In this document: positions 27,444 to 37,831 of the stretch, piece after piece | Layout: every line of letters begins with the position of its first letter | Numbering within the stretch: the stretch's first letter is position 1 | Assembly: GCA_024687185.1 (NCBI GenBank) | Contig: JAILEX010000062.1 | Span: forward strand, 220-64,219 | DNA: 64,000 bases | Direction: 5' to 3' | Source of the DNA: Bacilli bacterium | GTDB lineage: Bacteria; Bacillota_I; Bacilli_A; RFN20; CAG-826 | Translations under genes and position numbers: made by a program | The notes under the pieces: model-generated | What the model was told of the DNA's origin: nothing | Database searches by the model: none | The model's input: the letters and a program-made list of their open reading frames with translations, nothing else

Positions 27444-28556
27444 TTATTTCGTAAGTTCCTTGTAGAGTTCAAACGCCGAAAGGATGGCGTCGTCCATATC
27501 GTAATACTGGTAGTTGGCAAGTCTACCAAGGAAGTAGACGTTATTTAGCGCGGCCACTTTTTCCTTGTATTTGTTGGCAAGGGTGGAGTTTTTGGCGTCG
27601 TTGACGACGTAATAGGGGATCTTGCCTTCCTCAAAGGAATCGGGGTATTCGTAGGAAAGGATGGTCGAATGGTGGTTGGTGCAGGATGGGTCGAACTTCT
27701 TATGCTCGCTCACCCTGGTATAGGGGACTTCCCTTTCCGTGTAATTGACCACCGCGGTGCACTGGAAGGAATCGACCTCCTCCTTCTTCACGTCGAAACG
27801 GAGGGAACGCCATTCTAGGTGTCCTAACTCAAATCCGAAGTATTCGTCTAACCTACCGGTATAGATGACTTCGTCGGCTTTTTCGTCATATTCTTCCTTA
27901 TTCGCCAAATAGTCGACGCCGGTGATGACGTCCACGCCCTTAAGGAGGTTTTCGATGAACGGGGTATAGCCGCCTTTTGGCTCGCCTTGGTAGGCATCGT
28001 TAAAATAGTTGTCGTTATATTCGTAACGGATGGGGAGCCTTTTGATGATGGAGGCGGGAAGCTCTGTGGCGTCGCGGCCCCATTGCTTTTCCGTGTAGCC
28101 TTTGATCAAGGTCTCATAGATTGTGCGCCCAACTAGGGACAAGGCCTGTTCCTCCAGGTTTTTGGGTTCCTTGATGCCTTCCTTTTCGATTTCCTTGCCG
28201 ATGACTTCCTTGGCCTCTTCCGGGGTCTTTACCCCAAAAAGGGCCTCGAAGGTATGCATATTGAAGGGCATGGAGATGAGTTTGCCTTTGTAATTGGCGA
28301 AGACCCTATTCACGTAAGGGGCGACGTCGGCGTATTTGCAAAAGAAATCCCACGCTTCCTTGGAGTGCGTATGGAAGATATGCGGGCCATAGGTATGGAC
28401 GGGGATGCCATCGATTAAGTCGGTATGGACGTTGCCACCGACCTCATCTCTTTTTTCCACGACCAAAACGGTTTTGCCCGCGTCAGAAAGAAGGCGGGCC
28501 ATCGTCGAGCCGGAAATACCCGAACCGACGATCAGGTAATCATAGTGTTTTTTCAT
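27444..28556 (-). CDS. glf: UDP-galactopyranose mutase
   Basis: YDYLIVGSGISGSTMARLL...VLVVEKRDEVGGN FAD motif, 370 aa. Confidence 0.85.
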   Translation of the reverse strand: MKKHYDYLIVGSGISGSTMARLLSDAGKTVLVVEKRDEVGGNVHTDLIDGIPVHTYGPHIFHTHSKEAWDFFCKYADVAPYVNRVFANYKGKLISMPFNMHTFEALFGVKTPEEAKEVIGKEIEKEGIKEPKNLEEQALSLVGRTIYETLIKGYTEKQWGRDATELPASIIKRLPIRYEYNDNYFNDAYQGEPKGGYTPFIENLLKGVDVITGVDYLANKEEYDEKADEVIYTGRLDEYFGFELGHLEWRSLRFDVKKEEVDSFQCTAVVNYTEREVPYTRVSEHKKFDPSCTNHHSTILSYEYPDSFEEGKIPYYVVNDAKNSTLANKYKEKVAALNNVYFLGRLANYQYYDMDDAILSAFELYKELTK

Positions 28557-28565
28557 AGGGTTATT

Positions 28566-29594
28566 TTACCCTACTTTAAGGGTTTTTGCAGTGATGCGAT
28601 AGCCAATGGCATAGGCCGGTCTTGCGATGAAGAAGGGCAAGTTGCAGGAGATGATCGTGTAGCCGAAATGGAATATTCTCTTATAAAGGCTCGGGTTGGA
28701 TGCCTTGATCCTCTTCTTGAATTCCCTATAGTCCCGTCGCCTTTGCTTGCCTTTGTCGAAATAGACATAGGCCGTCGCGACCGTGGTCATGATCCTAAGG
28801 GTATGAATCATGTATTTGCGAAGCTTTTTGGGCTTTGTCTTCAATTGCTCATAGGTATAGGCCCCAAACATGTTCTCGACGACGGTAAGCTGCATTTTAT
28901 AACGCTTCTTCATGTTCTCGAGGGTAACGGATTGGTCGGGGCGACCGATGAAATACCAATATAGGGGTATCTCCATGTAGTAGAGCTTCTTGCAATAGAA
29001 CAAGGGCGTATAGCAATAGATCTCATCCACATAGAAGCAATGTTCCGGGAGGACCATCTTCGATTCCCTGATGATCGAGGTCTTGTAGTTGATGGAGTGC
29101 ATCAACGTGTATTCGTCGACCTTCCACGCCTTCATCTCGTCCCAGGTGAAAATGCGGTCTTTCGGCATGATCCTGGAAAGGCTATTGGTGCGGTAGGTAT
29201 TGTCGTAAGCGTGGTCATAGACGTAATTGGTAAAGATAACGTCGGGCTCATTGTTCTCCTCGACGGCCTTTTTCATGACCGCCAAAAGCTTCTTTAGGGA
29301 TTCGGGTTCCAGATAGTCGTCGGAATCGCAAACCCTAAAATAGACACCCGTGGCATTGGCTATGCCGGCGTTGACGCCAGAGCCATGGCCACCGTTTTCC
29401 TTATCGATGACGCGGACGACGTCCGGGTACTGTTCCTCATACTTTTTGGCTATGAGCAAAGTCTCGTCCTTACTTCCGTCGTTGACGATGATGATTTCGA
29501 TGTCGTTATGATCCACCTCAAGCATCTTATCGATGCACTTATTCATATAAGCGGCGGAGTTATAACAGGGAACGGTAATAGTTAATAATTTCAT
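28566..29594 (-). CDS. Family 2 glycosyltransferase (likely a galactofuranosyltransferase partner of Glf)
   Basis: LTITVPCYNSAAYMNKC...IIVNDGSKDET...CDSDDYLE (the DxD motif). The internal start MKLLTITV is chosen to avoid overlapping the GH3 gene. Confidence 0.75.
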   Translation of the reverse strand: MKLLTITVPCYNSAAYMNKCIDKMLEVDHNDIEIIIVNDGSKDETLLIAKKYEEQYPDVVRVIDKENGGHGSGVNAGIANATGVYFRVCDSDDYLEPESLKKLLAVMKKAVEENNEPDVIFTNYVYDHAYDNTYRTNSLSRIMPKDRIFTWDEMKAWKVDEYTLMHSINYKTSIIRESKMVLPEHCFYVDEIYCYTPLFYCKKLYYMEIPLYWYFIGRPDQSVTLENMKKRYKMQLTVVENMFGAYTYEQLKTKPKKLRKYMIHTLRIMTTVATAYVYFDKGKQRRRDYREFKKRIKASNPSLYKRIFHFGYTIISCNLPFFIARPAYAIGYRITAKTLKVG

Positions 29595-29613
29595 AAAGTC
29601 ACTAGTGATGGCT

Positions 29614-32112
29614 TTATTTCTTTTGGTTCCTTTCCGATTTGTCGGTCGGGTCATCCATCACAATTTGTATATCATCCATGCGTTCGGGGTAATGGTCAAT
29701 GATGTATTGGAGGATCCTCATGTCGCTGCGCTGGAGTTCTCCGAGGGTTAGGCCATCCTCTTTGTGGAGGCATTGGAAGATCGAGTTCTGAAGCCTCTTA
29801 AGCCTGTCGGAACCCGGCATGAACAAGGAGTTGCCGGCACGGACACGCCAGGCGTGGTCCTTGATGTTCTTGTAATCGGGGCACTTCTCCTTCCAGATCC
29901 ACCAGTCGGTCATGACGACGCCGTCGAAGCCCCACTGGTTGCGGAGGATGGTGGTGATGAGGTCGAAGTTATAGGCGTTGAGGATGCCATTGACCCTGTT
30001 ATAGGAGGTCATGACCCAATGCGGATGGGCTTCCTTGACGCAGACTTCGAATACCTTGAGGTAGATTTCGCGTAGGGCGCGCTGGGAGACGATGGAATCG
30101 CCGCTCCAACGATGCTTCTCCTGGTTGTTGCAGGCGAAGTGCTTGATGCAGGCGCTGCCGCCGGCTTCCTGGATACCCTTGACGTAGGCGACGCCATACC
30201 TGGCGGTTAGATAGGGATCCTCGGAGAAATATTCATAGTTCCTGCCGCAAAGGGGGTTGCGGTGGATGTTTATGGCGGGGGCAAGCATGACCTGGCTCTT
30301 TCCAGCCTGGTTTTCCTTACCTAGTTCGAGGCAAAGCTCATGGAGCAATTGATCGTTCCAGGTCGCGCCCAAACCAGCCATGATCGGCATAAGGGTGGTG
30401 TGGTTGGCAAAGCGGTTGCCGCTAGGACCGTCGTTGGTGTTCATGGTGGGGATGCCATAGTAACGGAGGTCGGCGGTGATGCCACCGAAGACGGCGGCGT
30501 TGCCAGGGATGCCCAAGGAGCAGAACATGGCCTGCTGGTTGCCACGGGAGAGGTTCTCGAGTTGGACGTCATCTAGCTGGGCGATGAATTCCTCCATCGT
30601 GCACTTGCCTTCCTTGACGTCTTTTAGCTTTAGGCCCTTGTCGCCGGTCTGGGGGATGTCGGTGGGCATCTGGGCGGCGATGCGGTCTTTGACGGAAACC
30701 TTGGAAAGATGGACTTCTTCCCATTCGAATTTGCCATGGCGGTTGGTCATACGCTTGAAGCTTTCGTGGACGCCGCAGGCTTCTTCTAGCTTCTCGATGA
30801 CGACGAGTTCCTTAACGGGAACGTCGATGATCTTCTCGGCGCTTCTGACATCGGTGCCGATATAGATTGGATAGGTGCCGACTTCTAGGACCCAGCAATC
30901 TTTGTGGTGGGTGGCGCCGGTATCGTCGAAGGCTGCCATCTCGTTGAGCGGGAAGCGGATCTCGAATTTGACTTCTTCGCCGGGCTCGAGTTCTTTGGTC
31001 TTATAGAAACGGACCAAGCTCTTGACGGGATGGGCCAATTTGCCATGGGGCTCATTGGTATAGCCATAGTAGACCTGAACGACCTCTTTGCCCTTGCGCT
31101 CGCCGGTGTTCTTGCAAACGCATTCGATGACGACGTCGTTGGCGACGAGGTGGGCGGATTTGGTTAAGGAGAATGTGGTGTAGGACATACCAAAGCCGAA
31201 GGGATAGAGGACATGTTCGGGATGGAAGGTCTCAAAATAGCGATAACCGACGAAGATATCTTCGATATAGTGGGTCTTTTTCTGACCGAATTCGGGGATG
31301 GAGGGCTGATATTCGTATTTCTTGGCAACGGTATCGGCCAATTTGCCGGAGGGAGAATATAGACCCATTACGATATCAGCGATGGCGCGGCCGGCTTCCT
31401 GTCCGCCTTGCCAGCAGATAAGGGCGGAATTGATTTTATATTCCTCAAGCCACTGATAATCCATGTAGTTGCCACCATCAAGGAGGACGACGACCTTCTT
31501 GAAGTATTTGGTGACCTGGGTTAGTAGCGCCCTTTCGTCCTTGGTGAGATACCAGGAGCCTTCGTTTAGTTTGGCTTCCCTATCTTCGCCAGAGCTTCTG
31601 CCGATGACCACAAAGGCCACTTCGCTCTTCTTCGCCGCCTTTTCCACGAAGGCGTCTTCTAGTTTGAATTCGTCATAGTGATACGGCCACATGCCCCAGA
31701 AGCCATCGTAGGGGACGTCTTTGGCGCAGGTTTCCTCGTAGAATTTGACGACATCCTCATTGAGTTTGGCGCCGGCTTCGCGGAAGCCTTCCAAAACGTT
31801 GATCTTATAGGGGGCCTTGACGTCGCCGCCGGAGCCATAGCCGCAGAAGAAATAGTTGATCTGGCAGCGGCCGAAGATGGCGATCTTCGTGTGCTTGTCA
31901 ATGGGCAACGTACCATCATTGCGGACCATGACGATGGATTCCCTAGCCGCGGCACGGCATAGTTCCTTGAACTTGGGCGAGGTTGTTTTGCCGTCGTCAA
32001 TCGCGGGAATCGAGGTTTGCGAAAGCCCCGGTATAAGCGAAACAATACCGGCAATGATCTTGTGGCGTAACTTCATAAAATTCTCCTTAAGAATGAAATA
32101 TGTGGTATCCAA
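29614..32112 (-). CDS. Secreted GH3 beta-glucosidase / beta-xylosidase family enzyme with an apparently permuted domain order
   Basis: Signal peptide MKLRHKIIAGIVSLIPGLSQTS. A GH3 C-domain-like segment (KIAIFGR...GYGSGG...PFGFGMSYTTF) and an FnIII-like segment precede the catalytic barrel with the nucleophile motif GFDGVVMTDWW near the C-terminus. Confidence 0.75.
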   Translation of the reverse strand: MDTTYFILKENFMKLRHKIIAGIVSLIPGLSQTSIPAIDDGKTTSPKFKELCRAAARESIVMVRNDGTLPIDKHTKIAIFGRCQINYFFCGYGSGGDVKAPYKINVLEGFREAGAKLNEDVVKFYEETCAKDVPYDGFWGMWPYHYDEFKLEDAFVEKAAKKSEVAFVVIGRSSGEDREAKLNEGSWYLTKDERALLTQVTKYFKKVVVLLDGGNYMDYQWLEEYKINSALICWQGGQEAGRAIADIVMGLYSPSGKLADTVAKKYEYQPSIPEFGQKKTHYIEDIFVGYRYFETFHPEHVLYPFGFGMSYTTFSLTKSAHLVANDVVIECVCKNTGERKGKEVVQVYYGYTNEPHGKLAHPVKSLVRFYKTKELEPGEEVKFEIRFPLNEMAAFDDTGATHHKDCWVLEVGTYPIYIGTDVRSAEKIIDVPVKELVVIEKLEEACGVHESFKRMTNRHGKFEWEEVHLSKVSVKDRIAAQMPTDIPQTGDKGLKLKDVKEGKCTMEEFIAQLDDVQLENLSRGNQQAMFCSLGIPGNAAVFGGITADLRYYGIPTMNTNDGPSGNRFANHTTLMPIMAGLGATWNDQLLHELCLELGKENQAGKSQVMLAPAINIHRNPLCGRNYEYFSEDPYLTARYGVAYVKGIQEAGGSACIKHFACNNQEKHRWSGDSIVSQRALREIYLKVFEVCVKEAHPHWVMTSYNRVNGILNAYNFDLITTILRNQWGFDGVVMTDWWIWKEKCPDYKNIKDHAWRVRAGNSLFMPGSDRLKRLQNSIFQCLHKEDGLTLGELQRSDMRILQYIIDHYPERMDDIQIVMDDPTDKSERNQKK

Positions 32113-32209
32113 AAAAATGGTTTTTTTGGAATTGCCAATTTATTTTACATGGGTAAAAGGGTTTTTGTTAGACCCAAAACGCGATTGGCACATTTTAATG
32201 CGTACTCTG

Positions 32210-32647
32210 TTATTCCCTAGGGGAATTGTCGATGATATTGGGGTCGTCCCCTTCCTTTTGGCCACCGCTTTTCGCGCCCAAAACGATGAAGAGGATGCCA
32301 GGGAAGAGCTGTCCGAAGATGATGCCGAGGATGCCAAGGACGATGTAGGGGGCCTTTCCTTTAAGGAAATTCCTCCGACACGCCTGGATATAGAATATAT
32401 CGAAAAAAACGCCTATCCCGTCTTCTATGGCCAAAAGCAAATAATACCAAACAAGGACGTTAGCCAAAGCCGAAACCTCGCTTTCGCTGAGGTTAAAGGC
32501 GGATAAGGCCTCTAGGACCAGTTCCTGGTAATAGGTCGGATCCTGAAAGCCATTCATCGCATAGACCACATAGACCGCGGTGTTGACAATGGAAAGGACC
32601 AAGTAGACGACGGATACGACGAGGGTGACAAACCTTAGGTTGCGCAT
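32210..32647 (-). CDS. Hypothetical 4-TM membrane protein
   Basis: 145 aa and hydrophobic. A GGGGGATGA RBS precedes it, and an AT-rich promoter region sits upstream. Confidence 0.4.
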   Translation of the reverse strand: MRNLRFVTLVVSVVYLVLSIVNTAVYVVYAMNGFQDPTYYQELVLEALSAFNLSESEVSALANVLVWYYLLLAIEDGIGVFFDIFYIQACRRNFLKGKAPYIVLGILGIIFGQLFPGILFIVLGAKSGGQKEGDDPNIIDNSPRE

Positions 32648-32728
32648 GGGACTATTTTATCATCCCCCATAGGAAGTGGAAGGGAGGGCGAAACCCTTCC
32701 TTATATATATAAATATAATAGGATGGGC

Positions 32729-33520
32729 CTAACGCCTTCCCTTCCGTTTTTCCAATAGGTAATCGATCTCGGATTCATATGGGTAGCTCCAATCGTAGCT
32801 AGAGAGGAATTCCCCCGTATAGTAGACGTCTTTGCCATCGAGCAAATCGTAATAGTCGCATTGGATGTCGTCTTTGTTTAACGAAAGCGAAGCTCTAAGG
32901 AAGTCGACGCATTGGAAATTGGCGTCCTCCAATGTCTTCCTAAGCCTCCATACGGCGTCGCGGTAGAGGATCTTCGCCTTGGAGAGGTCTTTGTCTGGCC
33001 AAAGCATGGAGATCGCCCTATCCATGGAAAGGGTCTTCCCGTTTTCGACGATTAGCAAAGCAAAAAGCTCTTTGGATTTATTGGAGGAAAAGCGGACGGG
33101 CCTTTTGTCTATGAAGCAATCGAAGGCGCCGAAGGTCCTTACGCTTAGCTTAACGGGCCTATTGCCCATGAGGAGCAGCCTCCTTTTAAGGGCCATCGAA
33201 TCCAAGGGCTTATAGAGGATTTCCACGGTATGCTCCCTCACTTCCTCGCTAAGGTCATCCATGGTGGTATTGGTCCCCGTGACGAAGACGATCTGCATGT
33301 CGGGGTTTTCCTTTATCAGCATCGCAGCCAAGGCATCCCCTTGGATATTATGCATGTTGATATCCACAAACGCCCCTTTGACATCATGGTTTTTGCAATA
33401 ATCCAGAATCGCGCCGGGGTTGTCGCGGAAAAAGCGGCAATTGACCGCCTCATCATCCACGACCTGGTTTAGGAATAGGGACAAGGAACTGACCTCGTCA
33501 TCGACCACGATGATATTCAT
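32729..33520 (-). CDS. Two-component response regulator (receiver plus winged-helix OmpR-like output)
   Basis: MNIIVVDDE...D(54)-equivalent FVDINMH. The C-terminal segment LSMDRAISMLWPD...LRKTL resembles the trans_reg_C domain. Confidence 0.7.
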   Translation of the reverse strand: MNIIVVDDEVSSLSLFLNQVVDDEAVNCRFFRDNPGAILDYCKNHDVKGAFVDINMHNIQGDALAAMLIKENPDMQIVFVTGTNTTMDDLSEEVREHTVEILYKPLDSMALKRRLLLMGNRPVKLSVRTFGAFDCFIDKRPVRFSSNKSKELFALLIVENGKTLSMDRAISMLWPDKDLSKAKILYRDAVWRLRKTLEDANFQCVDFLRASLSLNKDDIQCDYYDLLDGKDVYYTGEFLSSYDWSYPYESEIDYLLEKRKGRR

Positions 33521-34968
33521 ATCTCCCCTTTCCTCCCTTTGGGAATCTCGATTCTGACCTTCGTGCCTTCGTTTGGTTTGCTTTCCACGATGAAAGTCGC
33601 GTTAAGCAAAATCTCCATCCTGTCCTTCACGTTTTTTATGCCGTAGGAAGATGAAGGCACTTCCTTAGGATCGAAGCCGACCCCGTTATCCTCGACCTCC
33701 AACACGAACCTATCCTCTTCCTCATGGGCCCTAATGACGAGCAGCCCATCCTCTTTGTCCGCGATCTTGGAGTATTTGAGCGCATTCTCCACAAGTGGTT
33801 CCAAAGAGAAATAGGGCACTTCCACCGATTCGGAATCGATATCGTAGATGACCTCCACGGGTTTGCCGTATTTTAGCCCCTCGAGTTCCACGAAGTCGGC
33901 GATGACGTCAAGCTCTTGGGAAAGGGGGACCATAAGCCTATCCGCGGCCTTGGTATAGGCGCGAAGGTGTTTGGAAAGAAGCTCTAGGGCAAGGTCGCCT
34001 TGCTCCTTGTCGACGTTATATAGGCTTTTGACGACGTTTAAAGCGTTAAAGATATAATGGGGCGAGATCTGGTTTTTCAACACATTGGCCTGAAGCTCCT
34101 TTACCTTGGCGGCATCCGCCTCCGCCTTATAGGAAGCCTTCGTTTTGGTTATGACGAAATTGAGGTAGATGGTCAGATATGCGGCGAAGGCAAAGGTTAG
34201 GATAAGCGAGGAGACAAAGGTTCCTTGGTAGAAGGAAAACGCGATGACGCCGCTTTCGTTTATGAAGACGGTGAGGATGCATATCCCAATGAAGATGAAG
34301 CACGAGAAATTGACGTTGGCCTTTTCGCCTTGCACCCCAATCCATATCGCCCTAAACCCAAATAGGATGCATGCGATGGCGACCAAAATCGGGCCGACGT
34401 AATGGATGTCGAAGAAAAAGAGGACGAAGTTCAAGACCAAGGTGGAGATTAAAACGGCCAAGCCGATCCACTTCTCCTCCTTGGTAATCGCAAGCCCATA
34501 GTTTTCGGAAAGGTAGGAGAAAAAGAAAAAGCTCGCAAAGGCGAAAAAGACGAAGTTCAATATCCTGAATAGGGGCAAGACGAAGTCATGCTTGGCCATC
34601 TCGGGGATAAAATCGGTTAGGTTGCCATACATGTCGTGCGTCGATAATGACATAAGCAATATCAAAACGGTCAAAACGAGGGTTTTGTAGCTCGCGGTCC
34701 TATCGAAGAACAAGGAGAGCGATTCCACAACCGTTAGGAGGAAAAAGCATGAGGCGGCGATGATTGAGGATGCGCTTGCAAGGCCAGTCAGAATGGGGGA
34801 TGGGCTATAGCCGTTATAGGAGGAGAAGAAAACCGCCAAAAGCGGAAAAACACAGATCAAAAGGAAAAAGGAAACATAGGTTACGGTTCTGATTGTCCTA
34901 TACTTCCCATTCCCCTGCATGCCATATAGTCTACCATTATAAATGGGCTTTTTCCTATCGGATATCAC
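33517..34968 (-). CDS. Sensor histidine kinase (multi-TM sensor, His_kinase/LytS-YesM type HisKA_3 plus HATPase_c)
   Basis: About 7 TM helices, then QISPHYIFNALNVVKSL and DNGVGFD...GTKVRIEIP. Confidence 0.7.
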   Translation of the reverse strand: MISDRKKPIYNGRLYGMQGNGKYRTIRTVTYVSFFLLICVFPLLAVFFSSYNGYSPSPILTGLASASSIIAASCFFLLTVVESLSLFFDRTASYKTLVLTVLILLMSLSTHDMYGNLTDFIPEMAKHDFVLPLFRILNFVFFAFASFFFFSYLSENYGLAITKEEKWIGLAVLISTLVLNFVLFFFDIHYVGPILVAIACILFGFRAIWIGVQGEKANVNFSCFIFIGICILTVFINESGVIAFSFYQGTFVSSLILTFAFAAYLTIYLNFVITKTKASYKAEADAAKVKELQANVLKNQISPHYIFNALNVVKSLYNVDKEQGDLALELLSKHLRAYTKAADRLMVPLSQELDVIADFVELEGLKYGKPVEVIYDIDSESVEVPYFSLEPLVENALKYSKIADKEDGLLVIRAHEEEDRFVLEVEDNGVGFDPKEVPSSSYGIKNVKDRMEILLNATFIVESKPNEGTKVRIEIPKGRKGEI

Positions 34969-35023
34969 TTCCTTCCCTATGGGCCAAGACGTTCAAATAG
35001 CAAAAAGGATTTCGTCAAAAACC

Positions 35024-35052
35024 CATGCAAAACCCCGATTTTTGCATCAAAA
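35024..35052 (-). terminator. Terminator after pmbA
   Basis: Minus strand reads ATGCAAAAATCGGGGTTTTGCAT followed by GGGTTTTTGACG. Confidence 0.4.
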
Positions 35053-35097
35053 AACGGGTAATCCCAATGGAACCACCCGCTTTGTTGAGTTACCGGA

Positions 35098-36369
35098 TTA
35101 GATAAGCGCCATCTTCTTTAGGAAAATGTGGCTAGGACCGCAATAGGAAGGATCCTTGGAAATGTGTTTGGACAATCTGGCGGAAGAAAGCAGTTCGCTT
35201 AATTTGCCGGAGATCGAGAATCCGCCGACGGGGATCTTCTTGCCATCGTGGTGATATAGGGCAAGACGGACCTCACCGCCTAGGTAGTCGTTGAATATGT
35301 CGGCTTGGATGCCGGAGAATTGGAGGCATTCGAGGTAATCGCCTTCGATTTCCCCTTCCTCTAGGCTGCCTGGATTAACGGAGAGGATGGCTAGGTTGCC
35401 GGTATTCTCCCTTTTCACGTATTGGCTGAAGCGGTTGTCGCCGAAGAAAGAGGACACGGTGCCCTTTTCGATGACGACCTTATCCTTTAGGGTGGTACCG
35501 TCTTGGTCGAAATAGCGGGAAGAGGAGCAACCGGCCACTTTTCCCTTCATCTCCATGGTGATCGGATCGCCATTATCCCCAAAGACCTTCTGGCCTTCCT
35601 TGAAGGGGGTACCACCACTGGCGAGGGCGCTATAGGTAAGCATGTAGATATAGTCGGCGAAGATCGTTTCGATCTCCTCTTCGCGTAGCAATACGTCCAC
35701 ATTCGAGGGGAGGTCGCGCTTTGCGACATTGGCCCTGGCCTCGACTTCGTCTAACTTTTCCCTAATGTAGGACTTCATCTCCTCGTCGCTGATCTCGGCG
35801 AAGTTCTTTTGGGCGTAGATTTCCACCGACTCCTCCTTCTTATCGAAGGTGGGAATGGTTTCCACCATGCCCCTAGAGGTATAGGAGGTTTTGTCTAGGC
35901 CAAGGGAATTGATGACCCTGGTCCTGGTGTTATAGACGAAGATTTCGGTGGCGTTGAGCTTGGCACCATCGCTTCCTTTGACGGAGAAGATGGCGTTGGC
36001 GATTCTCTCGGCCTCCTTCTTTAGGTCCTTGCCCTTATTCTCACCATAGGTTTCCTTGCCGCCTTTGACTAGTTCATAGGGGGCGTTAAAGATACCCAGG
36101 GCGTTGCTTCTGGCCTCATCGACCAAAGTCTCGATCTCTTCTTTCGTGGAAGAAGGATAGAGGAGGAAGGAAGAGGAGCCTAGCTTTTCGTCGTGTTTGA
36201 CGTAGACGGTGACGGAAATCGAGGTGGAACGTCCATCGCGGACGGTCTCTAGGCTTTCCTTAACGAAATAGAGCTGATAGGACTCCTCCTCCACTTCGTT
36301 TAGGAGGTAGTCGCTGATCTTCCCTTCCTTTATATAGTTATCAAGAAGTTCGACGATGGAGTTGATCAT
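35098..36369 (-). CDS. pmbA: TldE/PmbA metalloprotease-family protein
   Basis: The start is taken at MINSIVELL, which gives a 4-nt ATGA overlap with tldD. It has the typical PmbA_TldD fold signature and a glycine-rich C-terminal region. Confidence 0.7.
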   Translation of the reverse strand: MINSIVELLDNYIKEGKISDYLLNEVEEESYQLYFVKESLETVRDGRSTSISVTVYVKHDEKLGSSSFLLYPSSTKEEIETLVDEARSNALGIFNAPYELVKGGKETYGENKGKDLKKEAERIANAIFSVKGSDGAKLNATEIFVYNTRTRVINSLGLDKTSYTSRGMVETIPTFDKKEESVEIYAQKNFAEISDEEMKSYIREKLDEVEARANVAKRDLPSNVDVLLREEEIETIFADYIYMLTYSALASGGTPFKEGQKVFGDNGDPITMEMKGKVAGCSSSRYFDQDGTTLKDKVVIEKGTVSSFFGDNRFSQYVKRENTGNLAILSVNPGSLEEGEIEGDYLECLQFSGIQADIFNDYLGGEVRLALYHHDGKKIPVGGFSISGKLSELLSSARLSKHISKDPSYCGPSHIFLKKMALI

Positions 36370-37766
36370 GATAGTTTCGCCCTCGCTTTCAAATAGGGTC
36401 CCCCATCGGAGACGCGGACCCATTCCTTATAGCCTTTGCCGCATTGGCCGGCCCCGATGATCTCCTTGCCTTTGGAAACCATGGAGATGGACTTAAGCAG
36501 ATCCAAGACGAAGCCGCTTATGACTACGGGGGAGACATAGTTGTCGGTCAATTTGCCGTCTATGATTTCCCTGCCATATTCGCAAACGCACTGGATGGCC
36601 CAGTTCTTGGGGTCTTCCATGCCGTTATTGGTCTCAAATAGCATATAGCCGTGTTTGATGGAGGCGATCATGTCCTCGACCTTGCTTTCGCCTTCGTCGA
36701 AGAAGGTGTTGGTCATCCTGGTGTAGGCCTTGTTGCGATAGGATTGGCGCCTACCATTCCCCGTGGGGTTGGTCCCTAGTTCGCGGGAAGAGACCAAATC
36801 GCAGATGCCGGTTTGGAGGATGCCATCTTTGATGATGAGGGTATCGCTTGCCAAAACGCCGTCGTCATCGAAGAAATAGCTTGCGGCGGACAAAGTCGCG
36901 CTGGCGCCATCATGCATATTGATTAGGGGTGAGGCGACGTATTTGCCGACATATTCCTTCGCGACCGCCCTATCCTTGACGAATTGGTCCATCTCCACGC
37001 CATGTCCAAACGCCTCATGGGCGATAAGCCCGGTGATGGAGGGGTGGGTGATGATGTCATAAACGCCAGGGACGATGGGTTTGGCCGTTATCAGGTGGGC
37101 GGCCTTATCCAAAAGCTCATCGATTGTCTTGGGAAGGTTTTCGAAGACGTCTTTTAGCAAGTGGGAATTCGCCCCGGTCCTCGAGCCGACCATCCTATTG
37201 TTGTCGCTATAGGCAATGCGCAACATGCCATTGACCCAAACGTAATTCTGGGTAAGGCGCCTAGAACGGGAGAGGAATATCTTGGAGGTCTCTAGGGTGG
37301 AGATGACCGCGAAGGCATCCTTTACCTTGTCGCTTCTAGCAAGGACTTGGTCCTTTAGCGAAGTAAGGAAGGAAACGATATCCTCGGTCTTATAATCGGC
37401 GAGGTCGTTTTCCCTATAGAAATCCTTTTGCAAGGGTTCGTCGAGGACGGCTTTGGGGCTGATCTGGCGATCGCTAAGCCCTTCGCCAAGCTTCACGGCC
37501 CCCTCGATGGCCTTGACGATTTCCCCAATATCCTCGGGGATCGAGTCGAAATAGTAGTCAAAGAAGGATCTGCCGTTATTCAGCCTAACGACAAAGCCCC
37601 TTTCCGTGCCCGGGCCATCGCTGACGCTGGTGACCGTTTTGCGGACGACGTAGTTTTTGATGTGGTAATCGGTGCCCAAAATGGATGCATATTCATACCG
37701 TTTCAATAGTTCTTCCAATAGCTTTTCCAAAGCGGGTTTGCTGGAAGAGAGAAATTTTGAAAACAT
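36366..37766 (-). CDS. tldD: TldD metalloprotease
   Basis: The start is taken at MFSKFLSS (AAAGGAGATAACT RBS). It carries the TldD HExxxH-like motif HEAFGHGVEMD. Confidence 0.75.
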   Translation of the reverse strand: MFSKFLSSSKPALEKLLEELLKRYEYASILGTDYHIKNYVVRKTVTSVSDGPGTERGFVVRLNNGRSFFDYYFDSIPEDIGEIVKAIEGAVKLGEGLSDRQISPKAVLDEPLQKDFYRENDLADYKTEDIVSFLTSLKDQVLARSDKVKDAFAVISTLETSKIFLSRSRRLTQNYVWVNGMLRIAYSDNNRMVGSRTGANSHLLKDVFENLPKTIDELLDKAAHLITAKPIVPGVYDIITHPSITGLIAHEAFGHGVEMDQFVKDRAVAKEYVGKYVASPLINMHDGASATLSAASYFFDDDGVLASDTLIIKDGILQTGICDLVSSRELGTNPTGNGRRQSYRNKAYTRMTNTFFDEGESKVEDMIASIKHGYMLFETNNGMEDPKNWAIQCVCEYGREIIDGKLTDNYVSPVVISGFVLDLLKSISMVSKGKEIIGAGQCGKGYKEWVRVSDGGPYLKARAKLS

Positions 37767-37831
37767 AGTTATCTCCTTTCGTTTGGCTATTATGGGACAA
37801 AAATCATTTTTGTCACCATAAATGCGCAAGT

